From the NCBI RefSeq assembly GCF_016432865.1, contig NC_067400.1, positions 65,596,001-65,660,000 on the forward strand: a stretch of 64,000 bases of DNA. The letters run 5' to 3'. A model generated the notes under the pieces. That model was not told the origin of the DNA, ran no database searches, and saw nothing but the letters and a program-made list of their open reading frames with translations. Source of the DNA: Antechinus flavipes. Taxonomy: Eukaryota. The translations under genes and the position numbers were made by a program. This document shows, piece by piece, positions 1-13,440 of this stretch (its first letter is position 1; each line of letters begins with the position of its first letter).

Positions 1-390
1 CAAAAAGCAAAAAAAATGAGAAAGAAAATAAAATGCAAGCAAATAATAAAAAGGTGAAAATACTATATTGTGATTCACATTCAGTCTCCATAGTACTCTC
101 TCTGAGTGCAGATAGCTCTCCTCATTACAAGACTAGTGGAACTGTCCTGAATTACCTTATTGTTGAAAACAGTCACGTCTGTCAGAATTGATCCTTGTAT
201 AATCTTGCTGCTATGTACAATGTTCTCTTGATTCTATTCACTTTACACAGCAACAGTTCATGTAACTTTTTCCAGGTATCTCTAAAATCATCTTGCTGAT
301 CGTTTCTTATAGAATAGTAATACTCCATAACATTCATATACCATAACTTATTTAGTCATTCTCCAACTGATGGGCAGCCACTCTGTTTCC
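1..390 (-). mobile_element. L1 LINE 3' region fragment (marsupial type)
   Basis: Resembles the reverse complement of marsupial L1 3' UTR (e.g. ...ataacttatttagtcattctccaactgatggg...); similar to the fragment at 23825-24170. Family from recall. Confidence 0.75.
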
Positions 391-414
391 AGCTTTTTGT
401 CCTAGGCCTAATTT

Positions 415-512
415 TAAGGGAAAAAGTTATTGAAAACAAAAATGCATATCTTCCCACCCATGCTCATGGACCCCTTGAAATCTACCCATAAACCCCAGCT
501 TAAGATCCCCTG
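415..512 (+). mobile_element. Terminal fragment of a hAT (MER63-like) non-autonomous DNA transposon
   Basis: Ends in ccccagcttaagatcccctg, a TIR-like end; similar to copies at 57158-57385 and 59457-59670. Family name from recall. Confidence 0.4.
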
Positions 513-544
513 TCCTAAACCTTGGTGCTCTTTTTCAGCATTGT

Positions 545-970
545 ATATCTACTTAATAATGGCTGTGTGATCCTGTAAAATCTTTTAACTTCTATTTGCC
601 TTAACTTCTTCATTTGTGAAATAGGATTAATAATAGCACCTATCTCCCTAGGCTATTGTGAGGATAATATGAGACAAAATAATTATAAAGTACATAACAA
701 AGTGCCTGCTACATTCTTATTTAGGCATTTTCCAATTACATCCAAATCTTTGTAAACCCTTTTGGTGGTTTCTTGACAAAGATACTGCAATGGTTTGTCA
801 TTTCCTTCTTCAACTCATTTTATAAATTTGGAAACTGGAAGCAAACAGGGTTGAGTGATGTGTCCAGGGTCCAGGTGAGTGTCTGAAACCAGATTTGAAC
901 TTAGGAAGGGTCTTCCTAACTCTAAGCATGGTATCACCTAAAGTTAGCATTACATAAATGTTAGCTATTA
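545..970 (+). mobile_element. MIR SINE interrupted by a Mar1 SINE
   Basis: MIR core (ctgtgtgatcct...catttgtgaaatagg...attgtgagg) at 545-710; MIR tail (aaatgttagctatta) resumes after about 930. Confidence 0.6.
735..930 (-). mobile_element. Mar1-type CORE-SINE
   Basis: tttcttgacaaagatactgcaatggtttgtcatttccttcttcaactcattttat matches the reverse of the Mar1 RTE-derived tail plus core. Confidence 0.75.
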
Positions 971-1403
971 TAATTATTAATTACTCTTAAGTTTATATAT
1001 TACTAAACTCTGCAGAATATAAATTTGTTGGGATTTTTTTCCATTTTTTTCCATTTTATCCTTATATCTCTAATACCCAATGTAATATCTTATACACAAC
1101 AGGTTCTTAATAAATAATATTTAAATTGAATGCATTCATAAAATATATACTTAAGACCCTTTAGAGGTTTTTTCCTCTCTTTTCTCATAAAGCACTCTGG
1201 GAAAATGCAGCTCTCTTCAGTGAATAATTTTAGTAGTTTAATCATCAAATATTACTAGATTATCAGAATNNNNNNNNNNNNNNNNNNNNNNNNNNNNNNN
1301 NNNNNNNNNNNNNNNNNNNNNNNNNNNNNNNNNNNNNNNNNNNNNNNNNNNNNNNNNNNNNNNNNNNNNNNNNNNNNNNNNNNNNNNNNNNNNNNNNNNN
1401 NNN

Positions 1404-1532
1404 TAAATGACTTACCTATGGTCAACACACAGCTCATAAATATTAAGTGTTAACTGTCTGAGGCCAAATTTGAACTGAGGTCCTCCTGACTTCAGGGTCA
1501 GTGTTCTATCCATTACACTATCTAGCTGCCCC
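1404..1532 (-). mobile_element. tRNA-derived CORE-SINE (WSINE1/SINE1-like)
   Basis: tttgaactgaggtcctcctgacttcaggg...ctatccattacactatctagctgcccc is the reverse of the SINE head with A/B boxes; 3' part lost in the N gap. Confidence 0.8.
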
Positions 1533-2125
1533 CAAGCTTATTTTTCTTAAATTTAAAAGGGATGTCATGAGGCAGGTAAGTCTGCTTAGATGCAGGGTCA
1601 TGAAAGACATGACTTCTGGGGAGCTCTGTCCACTCAGAGATTGCTATTATAAAGTCAGTCCAGCTCTCAGGCAGGCAAGAGCCTGAGAACTTTCACCTTA
1701 TTCTTTTTCTAGAGTACAATCTCTCCTCAAAAGGTGGTGCTGTGGATTAAGGAGAGGCAGCAGCTAGCTGAGGCTGCTGGAGAAGCACATCTTGCCAGCA
1801 GTCCATCACTTCCTCCTTGTTCTTTATTTCATGTGTCAGAGGATGCCAAATCATCCCGAGGACATGAAATAGCCCTGTTCTCCAGCTTTGGTGCAGAGTC
1901 AGCTGGGGAGGTGATGGTAGGTAGGAGGAACTGGTTTTCAGGAGATGGAACGAAGGTGACACTGGCCAGTCAATGGGATGGATTGAGCTTAGTTCTAGTT
2001 AAGTAAGAAGGGGAAAAAGACACAATTGGGTAGATTTCTTGTGAGGGAAGATTTGACCATTTTACATATTACATGTAATATGATACATGTAGATAGTCAA
2101 ATTAGATTGTTTCATCTGATTTATG

Positions 2126-2310
2126 ATACTAATAACTCACATTTATGTAGTGCCTTAAGGTTTAAAAACACTTTCCTGAAAGTCAGGTGGTATAAATATA
2201 ATTTCATTCTCTCTCTCAGATGGGGAAATTGAGATTCAGAGTACTTAAATGATTTGACTGAAGGTAGACTAGTAAGTGATGCAACTAAGATTCAGATTCA
2301 AGAACGCCAA
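2126..2310 (-). mobile_element. MIR SINE
   Basis: taataactcacatttatgtagtgccttaagg...cagatggggaaattgagattcagag, a typical antisense MIR. Many further decayed MIR/MIR3 pieces in the window are not listed individually. Confidence 0.65.
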
Positions 2311-3482
2311 TTTCAAAGGCAGTTTGGAGTAGTCAGTCATCAAATACATATTTATTGAGTGTTTCCTGTGCACCACACATTATGCTCAGATCTGGGGATA
2401 CAAAGAAAGATAAAAAACATGATTCTTCTCTGCAAGAAGCTTATATTTTAATGATGGAAGCTATAGGAAAATATTGATAAAAGTGTATTAGAAACAGCTG
2501 AACTGGCTAGAAAGACTAGACTATTAAATTTTTGGTGTGAGCATTTACACTTCAAAAATGGCAAACAATAAGAATCAGGGCTTGGGTTATTTTTTTGTTG
2601 CTTGTATAGACTTAAGAAAGTAATGGAGAAAATGTTACTAACACCTTTTTTTTGGAAGATACTCCACACTTCTCAGAAACCTTATCTTCTTTTAAAGTTC
2701 AGTTTAGATGTCATCTCCTTTATGCTTCCCTGGTCCCCCACCAGATATTAATACTCTTTCATTCCTCAAATTACATTCTATTTACAAATTAGTGCATGGG
2801 TCAGACTGCCTGACACCTGCTTAGTGTGATTTCAAAGAGAAGTGGTGATAAACACCCTGGGAGGTATCATCTGATGAATCTCATATTTTCTGCTATGATG
2901 AATCTGAAACTGCAAAGTCTCTCCAAAGCGTAGCAAGGCTCTTTGGATTTTTGTGAAAATCTCTACCTCAAGGGTTAAACTGAGTATAAAAAAAACATTG
3001 TCTCTGCTTTCAAAGATTTGACCCTCTAAATATACTTATTCCCCATTCAAGCAATAACTTTGATAAGTTTTTTTCTTTTTTATTCAGGTGCTTGATTTTG
3101 AATAGATTTAGCTTAGATGGTATTAAAGGCTGCTTAATGATGAAGAGGGTGGCCCATAATGAGGAAACCAAGGCAAACACAGATAAGTGACTTCCCCAGA
3201 GCTAGTACATGTCTGAGGCTGAATGGAAATCAGGTCTTTCTAACTCCTGGTGCAGCATTCCATCCACTGTACTACTTAGCTGTCCATGTGCTGGTATACA
3301 AAGATAAAAATAGATAGTCCCTGCCATCAAGGAGTTTATAATCCAACACGGTAATACAAAACACAAAACAAAGCTGAAAAGTGTGTGTAGGAGGTCAGGG
3401 AAGTTACTCAAGATAGTCTCCGAGGGGATAGGGGAAATTAATGAAATGTTAATTCAATCAGAGAAGTTCCAAGATAGTGTTG

Positions 3483-3650
3483 CTATTGTTTTTGGTTCTT
3501 GAAGGTGACCAGGATATCAGGGAGGAGATGCCATGCCATGCAAGTGAATTGGATTCGAGTGATAGAGGGATGTGCAAAGGTGGCTAGATAAAGATCTGGA
3601 AGACTGGAGATGGCTCTTGGTGCAGTGGGAGACCAAAGGTAACGTAGCCA
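3483..3650 (-). mobile_element. RTE-related marsupial SINE (MdoRep1/RTESINE-like)
   Basis: tcagggaggagatgccatgccatgcaagtgaattggatt is the reverse complement of the motif in the copy at 30615-31045. Family name from recall. Confidence 0.65.
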
Positions 3651-4249
3651 TTTGAGCTATGAGATGTTTGAGCTGGGGTCTCTCCTTCAATCGAGGTTCC
3701 CTGTTTATTCCTTTCCCTGTCTTCCAATTAGAGAGACAGATGAGCTAGAGCTTTAAGGGTGATGAGATATTTTAGGATAACGAGGTTGATTATTCCAGTA
3801 ATGAGTTTCCCGGGATATGATAGAGAAGTTAGTCAGAGAAGTTCCTAAGTAGTACAGTCAGATGAGAGATGAACAAAAACTTAGAAGTCTTTCAGCCAAG
3901 GTTTCTCTCTATTGTTCTTGCTCTTGTCATTAGACAATTCTAGACCTCTTGTGCAACAAGGGGGGATTTGTATGTTCTCATGGGATTGCTGTGAAGGTCA
4001 TAGATCCAGACCTGGAAGATTCTGCCTAATCTAATGCCCATTTTGCAGATTAGGAAACCGACTAAGTGACTTGGAGGTTAAGTGACATTTTGCCCAAGGT
4101 CAAACAAATAGTAAAAACCAGAAATAAAATTTTAACCCAGATTCTCTCAAGATATACAGTGAAATGATGTATATAAAGCAATTTGCAAATCATATGGAAT
4201 CACAGGAATATAAACTGCTATTATTACTATTATAGCTCAAAAATCATTT

Positions 4250-5095
4250 TGATACCCATCAGTTGGGGAATAGATAAATGAATTGTGGTCTGTGAATGGA
4301 TCATTACAATGCTATAAGAAATGGTGAATGTGAAGAATACAGACAGCCACGGAAAGATTTAGATGAACTGAAGTAGAACAAAGTAAGCAGAACCAAGAAA
4401 ACAATATACTCAATGATTGCACCAATGTAAATTAAGTAGAAAGAATAACCCTTAGAAAACAATCAAGGAGCAGCTAATTGATGTACTGGATAAAGAACCA
4501 GCCCTGAAGTCAGGAGGACCTGAGTTCGTAAATGGCCTCAGATACTTAATACTTCCTGGCTGTGTGACCCTGGGCAAGTCACTTAATTAACCTCAATTGC
4601 CTCAGCAAAAAAAAAAAAAAAAAAAAAATCAAAAGGAAATGTTGTGAAATCATAAAAAACAAAGAAGCTCTGAAGGATACATATAGGAAAATGTCTCCAC
4701 CCCATCATTTTGCAGAGGTTGAAGGTTTATGACTGTGGATTTCTTGGACTTTTTCAATATAGTAATCTGTTTTGCTATTATTTTCTTTTTTTCTATTTTT
4801 CTTTCTTTAAAAATATTATTTGTTATATAAAAGTAAAGAAATAAGTATTTGAAATACTTACTTTGTGACAGGTACTGTGCTATTTGACAGTTATTATCTC
4901 ATTTGGTCTTTACAAAAAATCTTGGGAGATGGGTACCATTATTATCCCTATGTTATAAATGGAAAAAAAACCCTGAAGCATATGCAGATTAAATAATTTG
5001 TGGTATGGGTATCTGGAAGGGGTAGGGGGAAGTAAGGGGAATTTTGGCAATGTAAAAATAAAAAAATAAAAAAACCTAAAATAAAAAGATCAATC
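4250..5095 (+). mobile_element. Decayed L1 3' fragment with nested SINEs
   Basis: ggggaatagataaatgaattgtgg...aagtaagcagaaccaagaaaacaatatac (L1 ORF2 end/3' UTR); A-rich end near 5055-5090. Confidence 0.7.
4467..4628 (+). mobile_element. WSINE1-type SINE with poly(A) tail
   Basis: ggagcagct...gccctgaagtcaggaggacctgagttc...aattgcctcagc followed by 22 A; candidate TSD aaaacaatcaa (4456-4466) / aaaaaaatcaa (4622-4632). Confidence 0.85.
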
Positions 5096-5844
5096 TCTAA
5101 GGGCATATATAGGATATATATTCATTCATTCATGCCTTTATTTGGCAGATATTTACAAAGGACCTGCTGCTTGGGGAGCTGAGGGGAAGAGACCACAAAC
5201 AGGGAAAACAGAATAATCATAGGGAGGCCCCCCGAGACCCATCCTCCAGCTGTGTGGCACAGCAGAGGATGCTGGGGAAACAGCATCCCCAGACTTGGAA
5301 TGCAATTTACCGTGCTAGGCATTGTAGGGTATATATAAAAGTATAAAACACAGTCCCTGTCATTATGGAATCAACACTATTGTTCAGCGTGGGGAAGAAC
5401 CTGAAAGGGAATTAATAATGACCTTCAAATCTTTGAAGATTATTGACTGAATGAAATGAGATCTTTGTTTCAACTTGACTCTGCTCCTAACTTGTGGCAA
5501 ACAGCAGATGCATTGATCTATCCACTCTCTTTATCTCTGTCCCCTTGGTGACCAGGGACACAGAGAGGCAATTTCCAGTAAAGGAAGGAACATTAGAGCA
5601 GGAGTTAAAAGATCTGAATTCTGGTCCTGGTTTTCCCACTAACTGATCTTGGGCAAGTCAATCTATGTTTCTGACCCAATGCAATGAATACAATGCACGG
5701 ACTCTTCCCTGACTCTTATGATTTTTGAGATAACTGACTGTGGACAGAGTTTATAGTCATTCTCTATTCTCACTGAAGCTCTGGATGGGTTTCAGTGGCT
5801 GAAGCTATGACCTTTATTAAAGAGAACTTGGATTTCACTTGTTG

Positions 5845-6062
5845 AATTGTTTAAGTCATTTCCAACTCCGTGATCCTATTTGAAATTTACTTGGCAAAGA
5901 CACTGGAGTGATTTGCCATTTTCTTCACCAGTTCATTTTACAGATAAGGAAACTGAGGCAAACAGGGTTAATGACTTGCCCAGGGTTATGTAGCTATTAA
6001 GTGTCTGAGGCTGGATTTTAATTCAGCTCTTCCTGACTCTACTGTGACACCTCCTTGCTCCC
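5845..6062 (-). mobile_element. Mar1-type CORE-SINE
   Basis: cttggcaaagacactggagtgatttgccatttt...acagataaggaaactgaggcaaacagggttaa. Confidence 0.85.
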
Positions 6063-7218
6063 AACATCACTTAGGAGAGGGCAAGTATTAGTTTTCTAAG
6101 GTTGGGTTCATTCAACCCATTTTATTGTCTGACTTGTATATTTGGCATTTAGTATATTTCATCATGTTGGTTTGGTGATTTTCCTACTGGGCAGGGACTA
6201 TATTATGCAGCTTTGTATCCTTCACACTGGTCTAGCACCTAATAAATGTTCGTTGAATTGAATTCCTTCTGGGCTGCCAGAATTCTTTTGTTTGACTGAC
6301 CTAAGTCTCTGGTTTGTAAGTCCAAAGTGAGTCATACATAGGTTGGTAAGTGAGTCAGGCTCCCAGTAGAATGTAAAGTTCCTTTATAGCAAGGATATGT
6401 TTTTCATCTTTGTTTTTGAGGCTCAATAGAGGACCTTGAGCCTACCAGGCATTCATACTGGCTTATTATTTTGAATAAAATCATACTGCATTATTTAAGG
6501 CCAATTGGGCAGGTGGCTGCTTTGAATTAAGTTTAAAAGAAAGTTCTTAATGGTATCACATCCTGAAGTAGGGATGTCATCCTGCCAAGACATCAGACGT
6601 TTAGAGTCTGGTGTAATCTTAGAGGCTGTATAATCTTTTGGCAGGTGAGGGAAATAAAGCCTAGAGAAGTCAAGAATTTTATCTAAAGTCACACCACTTG
6701 TAAGTAACAAGAATAAGATTTTAACCTAGGTCTTCCTGATCCAAAATTCACATCACTTTCCACTATACCATGCTTCTTCTTACATTCAATACATTTTCAT
6801 AATTGATTAACAGCAGAGTAAAGTAAAATTGAGCAGCTCATGCCAGCCTAAAGCCAGGTTGGTCATCAAGCCACTTATAGTGGATGTTAATGAACTATCT
6901 GTTCAGTCACTCCAGGCTACTCTCTGGCCGTCTTTATGCCAGGTGGCCTGAGAACTACACAACTTCTTCTTCCTCAACTTCTCCATTCCTTCTTCCCATT
7001 TCTGCCTTTAGCCCTGAGAAGAGTAATCGAATCACTACTCCCTTTCCTGGAAAGGATATGCCAATAGGTTATTGCTCTGGTGGTTTTATCATATCTGTGA
7101 TTTCCTACTTTAAATCATCTCATCTTGTCCACCAATGTACTATAAGAATTGTCTTCTCATTTATTTTCTTTTTTTCTTTTTGGATTTTTATTCCTAGTAC
7201 AGAGTAAGTAGCTACTTA

Positions 7219-7335
7219 ATGTTTCCTTCCTTCCTTCCTTCCTTCTTTCTTCCTTTCTTCCTTCTCTCCTTCCTTCTCTCCCTCCCTCCTTCGTTCCTTC
7301 ATTTCTTCATTCCTTCGTTCCTTCGTTCCTTCTTT
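7219..7335. repeat. (TTCC)n-like pyrimidine-rich simple repeat
   Basis: Seen directly. Confidence 0.9.
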
Positions 7336-9559
7336 CCTGTTTCCCTGGACATAATGGGATTGACGTAAATTCCTGCTTTCCTCTTTATACTTCTCTTGCT
7401 CTGTGGCAAGTGAATAGCCCAGGAAGCCTTTCATGATGATCTCACCTCTCCACATGCAAGGCAGGATGGTTCCTGCAGGGACATAGATCAGGGCTGATGA
7501 GTAGTCATCACTTATGCCCCACAGACATGACCTCATTCATCCTCACTACAGCCTAAAGAGAGAGAAGGAGGAATGGGGATGATTCTATCTAACATCCAAA
7601 GGGGACACTGAGGCACAGTGCTTGGGTTCTGTCTATAACATTTTATCTCTTGTGCTGAGGGCTATAGCCTAATTCCATTTATAATGGCCAAGATTGAGAG
7701 ATGGTATATTCTCCTGCTGGGACAGGCAGAAAGGGTTAGGCAGCTGACAGATGGGAGGACCTAAAGTCTTTATATTTGCTAATCAGGGAGGGAGAGATAA
7801 ATGCAATGCAGGTGGTCAGTTAAGCATAGAGAGGTAACTCAGAATCATCATCTTCACTTCCAGGTCTGTGGCTTTGTCCAGGCTGACACATGATTGCCAG
7901 TTCTTCCCCCAATTGGATAGACTATGGGTGGCCAGAAAAAGTTCGGTGAACACTTTGCTCAGTAACTGCAGCCCAGCCCAGCTATGATTCCAATTAGCCA
8001 CAGTGTTGCATGTCTTCAGTAGCTTTGCTAAAGCCCTTGGTCAGTCACAGAAATGAACTGAGGTTCATTGCAGGGTGGCAGAGGAAAGAACAGTGGCTCT
8101 GAAATCAAAGTCCCTGTATTCAAATGCTACCTCTGCCTATGTAACTTTAGGTAAATCATTTACAACCCTAGACTTCAAATTATTTGTAAAATGAGGAGGT
8201 TGGAGGACATGAATTCTGAGGTCTCAACTTCCAGCTCTAGAACTGATTTCTCAACTTCCCTTCTACCAAAATATTCTAAACTGTGGATGTGGCCACATGA
8301 TAGAAACCTGCCTCCTTCTCAGAATGATTTGCCACTTGAACGACCCAAGATTATCTTTGCAGTTAACTATAAAACTTTTCCATTCCAAAAAGAAAGTTTA
8401 TTGCTTTTCNNNNNNNNNNNNNNNNNNNNNNNNNNNNNNNNNNNNNNNNNNNNNNNNNNNNNNNNNNNNNNNNNNNNNNNNNNNNNNNNNNNNNNNNNNN
8501 NNNNNNNNNNNNNNNNNNNNNNNNNNNNNNNNNNNNNNNNNNNNNNNNNNNNNNNNNNNNNNNNNNNNNNNNNNNNNNNNNNNNNNNNNNNNNNNNNNNN
8601 NNNNNNNNNNNNNNNNNNNNNNNNNNNNNNNNNNNNNNNNNNNNNNNNNNNNNNNNNNNNNNNNNNNNNNNNNNNNNNNNNNNNNNNNNNNNNNNNNNNN
8701 NNNNNNNNNNNNNNNNNNNNNNNNNNNNNNNNNNNNNNNNNNNNNNNNNNNNNNNNNNNNNNNNNNNNNNNNNNNNNNNNNNNNNNNNNNNNNNNNNNNN
8801 NNNNNNNNNNGCCGTATGGGTTGCCTATTGAGAAGCGCACACTAGATCTCCAACCTCTAGTTTATCTGTGACTCCCTTTTTCTGGGAAGAGAGTGGTTGC
8901 CCTTTGATTAGGTAGCCTGACTGTGTCCCTGTAATTAAAGCCTCAGCTAGACCCTATCTCATGTCTGAGTCACACACAGAAGAGGGTGCAGTTAACAGGC
9001 CCTGGGAAAAATAATCCTTTCTCCCCACCCTTTGGGAGTGTGAGAGTCTTTATGGTTGTGTCTACCCAGGCAAAGTCAGAGAGAGAATTGAAATTTATCT
9101 GATAATTCAGGACTGGGAAAGGGGAAAGGAATCAATTTCACTGAAAATGTACAAAGTGATGGTCATAGCCTGAATAACTTCAATAGGATTATCGATTTAA
9201 TTTGATTCAATTCAGTAAGCATCGATTAAATGTTTACCCTTTGCAGGAACTTGGTTAAGCACTGGGGGACTGTGAAGCAAAAAAAACAAAAAAATCCCTG
9301 CACTCAAGTATTTATATTCTGATGGTTTAGAACCGAAAGAACTCTTGCTTCAATGTCATCTAATTCCACACCTTTATTTAACAGAAGAAGGACCTGGTAC
9401 TCCTGGAGATGAAACTACTGACTAAAGGTCACACAGATACTTAAATGACAAAGCCCAGGTCTGAATTCAAGACTGCTTCCACATTACTTCTCCAAGGAGT
9501 CCGGTTACTCCCCTAAATTCTCTGGATGTGTGGGTGCAACCTATGTGAATTATCATGAT

Positions 9560-9735
9560 TTCACAGAGAGAGAAAAACAGAAAAAGATACAAGAGACACA
9601 GAGAGCCAGAGAGACACAAAGAGATAAAGAAACAGAGACCGAGGTGCGCACGCGCACACACACACACAGAAACATAGAGAGAGACAGAAAAATAGGGACA
9701 CAGAGACAGAGAGACAGAGGCAGAGAAAGAGAGAG
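9560..9735. repeat. GA-rich (AGAGAC-like) low-complexity repeat with a short CA/CG run
   Basis: Seen directly. Confidence 0.85.
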
Positions 9736-10269
9736 CTCTTAATTCGATCACTTCTTCAAGATGAAATGATTGAAAATCTTTCTTATTCTCCAGGATTCTT
9801 CCTGCTCTGCCAACCTGACCCTCCCCATATCTCCATGTTCTATTATTCCAGCAGTGTTGTGAAGCTCATCTTTTTCTTAGAAAGCTCCCTGGTTTTCCAG
9901 AAAAGAAGCTTTTCCTTCCTCAATCACATCCTTTCCCACATGAAACTCCTATGTATTCTTTCTTTCCTACTCAATAACTCCATAATGCCTTTAGCTTTCC
10001 TTTTTTTCTCCAATATTGATTTGTGATTTCATCAGTTTTAAGGGTCCTAGGTGAGCTGATTAGTCACCAATTGTTCACTGATGTCTCACTGTTGTTAACT
10101 GGCTTTTGTGCTGAAACTTTCAGCCTTGGAGCATTGCCTAGAGAATTGAGAGTTAAACGATTTGCCCAGGACCATGCAGCCAGTATGTGTCAAAGGTGCA
10201 CCTTCACTTCTATGCACTGTAGCTTCCATGACTAGTAGTTTATTTGGCCAAGAGATGTCACTCATGCCC

Positions 10270-10470
10270 AGAGACAGCCGGTGTGTGGTGGGTATAGTGC
10301 TGGGCCTGGAATTAGGGAGATGAGTTTAAATCTAGCCTTAGATGTAGCCTTGGGCAAGACGCTTAGCCTCCTTTTCTCTCTGTAGAGTAAGGATAATGAC
10401 ACCTCATCTCATACGGTTGTTGTGAAAAATAAATGAAATTATATTTGTAAAAAGCATGCAGTACATGAAT
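10270..10470 (+). mobile_element. MIR SINE
   Basis: gtgctgggcctggaattagggagatgagtttaaatctagcc...ccttgggcaag...ggttgttgtgaaaaataaatga. Confidence 0.7.
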
Positions 10471-10699
10471 GTTTATTTCTTTTCTCTCCTCTCCTTTCCC
10501 ATTTTCCCTTGACAGATTGGTTGTTACTTGTCTTGTACCATGAGAATCTAGCGCTTGTATGAACCTCTGCAGAACTAGCACGTTGGTATTTAATGAAATC
10601 TTAATAAGTTGATATTGTCCATATAGAGCTTCTTCTGTACATGTGACCATGATTAAATAAGAGCTAAATTCTACAGATGGCCCAAAGTGGCTGATTTAA

Positions 10700-12890
10700 C
10701 ACAAGGAAAACTATTAATATAATTGATTATATCAATAATAAAAGTAACAAAAATTATATGATCATATCAATAAATGCAGAAAAAAACTTTTAATAAAATA
10801 GAAGGCTCATTTCTCTTAAGAATATTTAAAAGTGTAGATATAAATTGTTTTTTCCTTAAATTGATTTAAAAAAAAGCTTTTACCTAAAACTGTTAGCAAG
10901 TATTTGTAGTAGAGATAAGCTGAAAGGTCTTTCCTGTAAGATCAGGTATGAAATGGGGATGCCCATTTATTCATTATTATATTGGAAATCCTAGCAATAG
11001 CAATAAGAGAAGAAAAAGAAATAAAAGGAGTCAGAATGTGCAAGATAGTAAGAGTTGCCTCATTTAAAATAACTGTAGACCGTATAAACTACCTGGTAGG
11101 ATATCTGCCAAAACAAATACAGGAATTCTATGAATAGAATTATAAAAAAATAAAATTAGATTTAAATAATTAGAAAAATATCAATTGTTTATGGGTAGGA
11201 AAGGACAATATAATAAAAATGACAATTTTACCTAAATTAATCTATATATTCAATGCCACCCAAATTAAATTACCAAAAATATGACTAAGTTAGAAAATAT
11301 AATAACAAAATTTATTTGGAAGAACAAAAATAATGTCAAAGGAACTTAAAAAAATGTAAGGGAAAAATGTTTAGAAGTATTAAATCTTAAACTATATTGC
11401 AAAAAAGTATTATCAAAATTATCTGGTCTTGGCTAAAAAATTGAAATAGTAGAGCAGTGAAGCAAAGCAGAAATACAATTTATAGCAGCAAATGATTATT
11501 TCAACCTTACATTTGACAAGTGGAAAGACAAGTTTTTGGATTAAAAACTCATTATTTGCTAAAAATTGTTGGTGAAGTTGGAAAGTAATCTGTTGGAAAG
11601 TGAGCATAGATCATTATCTTATACCATATACTGAGATAAGGTCAAAATAGATAAATGACCTAGATATAAAGAGAGATGGTACAGGAAAATTTGAAGTACT
11701 TGGAATGTATTCTTATCAGACTTATGGAATACTTCATGAATGAACAAGAGACAGAGAGCCTTGTGAAGTATAAATGTATAATTTCAATTATAATAAATTC
11801 AAAAAAAGTTTTGTACAAATAAAACCAATATAACTAAGATCAGAAGGAAAGTAGAAAATTGGGGGTACATTTTATAAACAGTTTATGAGTTAAAGCTCTT
11901 ATATCTCAAATATTTAAAGAACTTTGTCAAATCTATAAAAATATGTCATTCCACAATCACTAACAAACAGTTGCCTGATGAAAAAATCAAAACAATTTAT
12001 AGTTATATGAAAAATGCTCTAAATTATTATTCATTAGAGGAGTACAAATTAAAGCAACCTTTAGATGTAATTTTATTAGGTTGTCAATCTATCAGATTGA
12101 CTAAAATGATGGAAGGAGAAAGCTACCAGGAGGAGATGTGGAAAAATTGGGACACTAACTCACCATTGGTGGAACTATGAACTATTCCAATGTTTTTGGA
12201 GAGCAAACTGAAATTATGCCCAAAGAGTTTTTAATTGTCTGTGCCCTTTGATCCAAAAATACCTATATGTTCTAAAATAGTTATAGCAACTCTTTTTGTG
12301 GTGGCAAAGAATTGGAAGTTGCAGGTATGTTCATCGACTGGGGAATGACTGAACAAGTTGTGGTATATGATTGTGTTGGAGTACTACTATGCTATAAGAA
12401 ATGATGAGCTTAATCCTTTTAGAAAAAATGGAAATACTTGTACAAAATAATGAAGAGTGAAATGAGCAGAACCAAGAAAATGTTGTATACAGTAACATGA
12501 TATTGTTTTAAGAACAACTTTGAGTGACTTAAGATATTTTGACTATTACAACTACCCAAATTAACTACAAAAGACCTATGAAGAAAGATGCTATCTGCAT
12601 CCAGAGAAAAAACTAATAAATAGAAGTACGTATAGTATGGATTTACATATATATGTATTTATATATTACATATATATTTGTGTCTACACACATATTCATG
12701 TCTAAAGTTGAAATGGGGAGAAAAATATTATATAACTTTACTATATATTTATTATATGTATATATATATAATTTTACATATATATATATAATGTTAACTA
12801 TTTAAAAGGAAAAGCAAATTTTACATAATAGATTTGCAGTTTCATGTATAATCCTCCCCCCTCCCCACATTCAGAATAAAAAAAAATTGT
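10700..12890 (+). mobile_element. 5'-truncated, decayed L1 (ORF2 RT region to 3' UTR)
   Basis: Starts with aattatatgatcatatcaataaatgcagaaaaa (decayed HMIISIDAEKAF motif). ORF 11971-12180 resembles the ORF2 C-terminus (IRLTKM...WKNWDT). Ends in aataaaaaaaa. Many stops and frameshifts. Confidence 0.9.
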
Positions 12891-13171
12891 TTAAAAAAAT
12901 TTAAATATATTCATTATTCATTGACTGAGCAAAAGCTGAATTGACTACTCAAGATACTTGAGTTGGAGTCCAACATCCTCTCTTTACTAACTGTGTGATT
13001 TTGGGCAAATCATTTAGCATATATTTTTTCACTTAACATTTCTGAACTTCAGTTCCCTAGAATGTAAAATGGGAGTATCAATTACTATACTAATTCCTTC
13101 ATTGAATTATTAAGAGCATCAAATTTGAAAGTGAACATCAAAATATTTTTTCTACAATTATTTATTTTTAA

Positions 13172-13300
13172 CATTTTTGAGGCAATCAGGGTTAAGTGAC
13201 TAATCCAAAGTCACACAGCTAGTATCTGAATCTGGATTTGAATTCAGGCCTCCCTGATGCTAAGGTTGGTTCTCTCTCTCTACTTTACCACCCAGATGTT
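13172..13300 (-). mobile_element. CORE-SINE (WSINE1/SINE1-like)
   Basis: tttttgaggcaatcagggttaagtgact...gtcacacagctag...tttgaattcagg. Confidence 0.75.
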
Positions 13301-13307
13301 CCTTTAA

Positions 13308-13440
13308 CATTCATTTTTCTATATGCATGGGTAATTTGTCAGCATTGACCTTTGCAAAGCCTTCTGTTCCAAATTTTCCCCTCCTTCCCCCTTCCCCCCT
13401 CCGCTAGATGGCAGGAAGTCCAATACATGTTAAATATAAC
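13308..13440 (-). mobile_element. L1 extreme 3' terminus
   Basis: atatgcatgggtaatttgtcagcattgacctttgcaaagccttctgttccaaatttt is the near reverse complement of 52660-52843. Confidence 0.85.

Noticed and set aside
1734-2006. GC-richer unique block with 90-aa (+) and 71-aa (-) ORFs and splice-like ends
   Set aside because: No recognisable protein similarity in any frame; ORFs of this length are expected by chance.
7446-7472. 27-nt AG/GT-bounded micro-exon candidate on the minus strand
   Set aside because: Too short to distinguish from chance without RNA data.
7816-8001. Protein-like 61-aa minus-strand ORF
   Set aside because: No convincing splice sites, no ATG start and no recognisable homology.
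8191-8871. Long ORFs crossing the 401-bp N gap (similarly at 35298, 39477-39867, 40696-41437, 51534-51986, 56516)
   Set aside because: Their length comes from undefined bases.
11971-12180. L1 ORF2-like ORF treated as a functional CDS
   Set aside because: It lies in a heavily decayed, 5'-truncated L1 with many stops and frameshifts.
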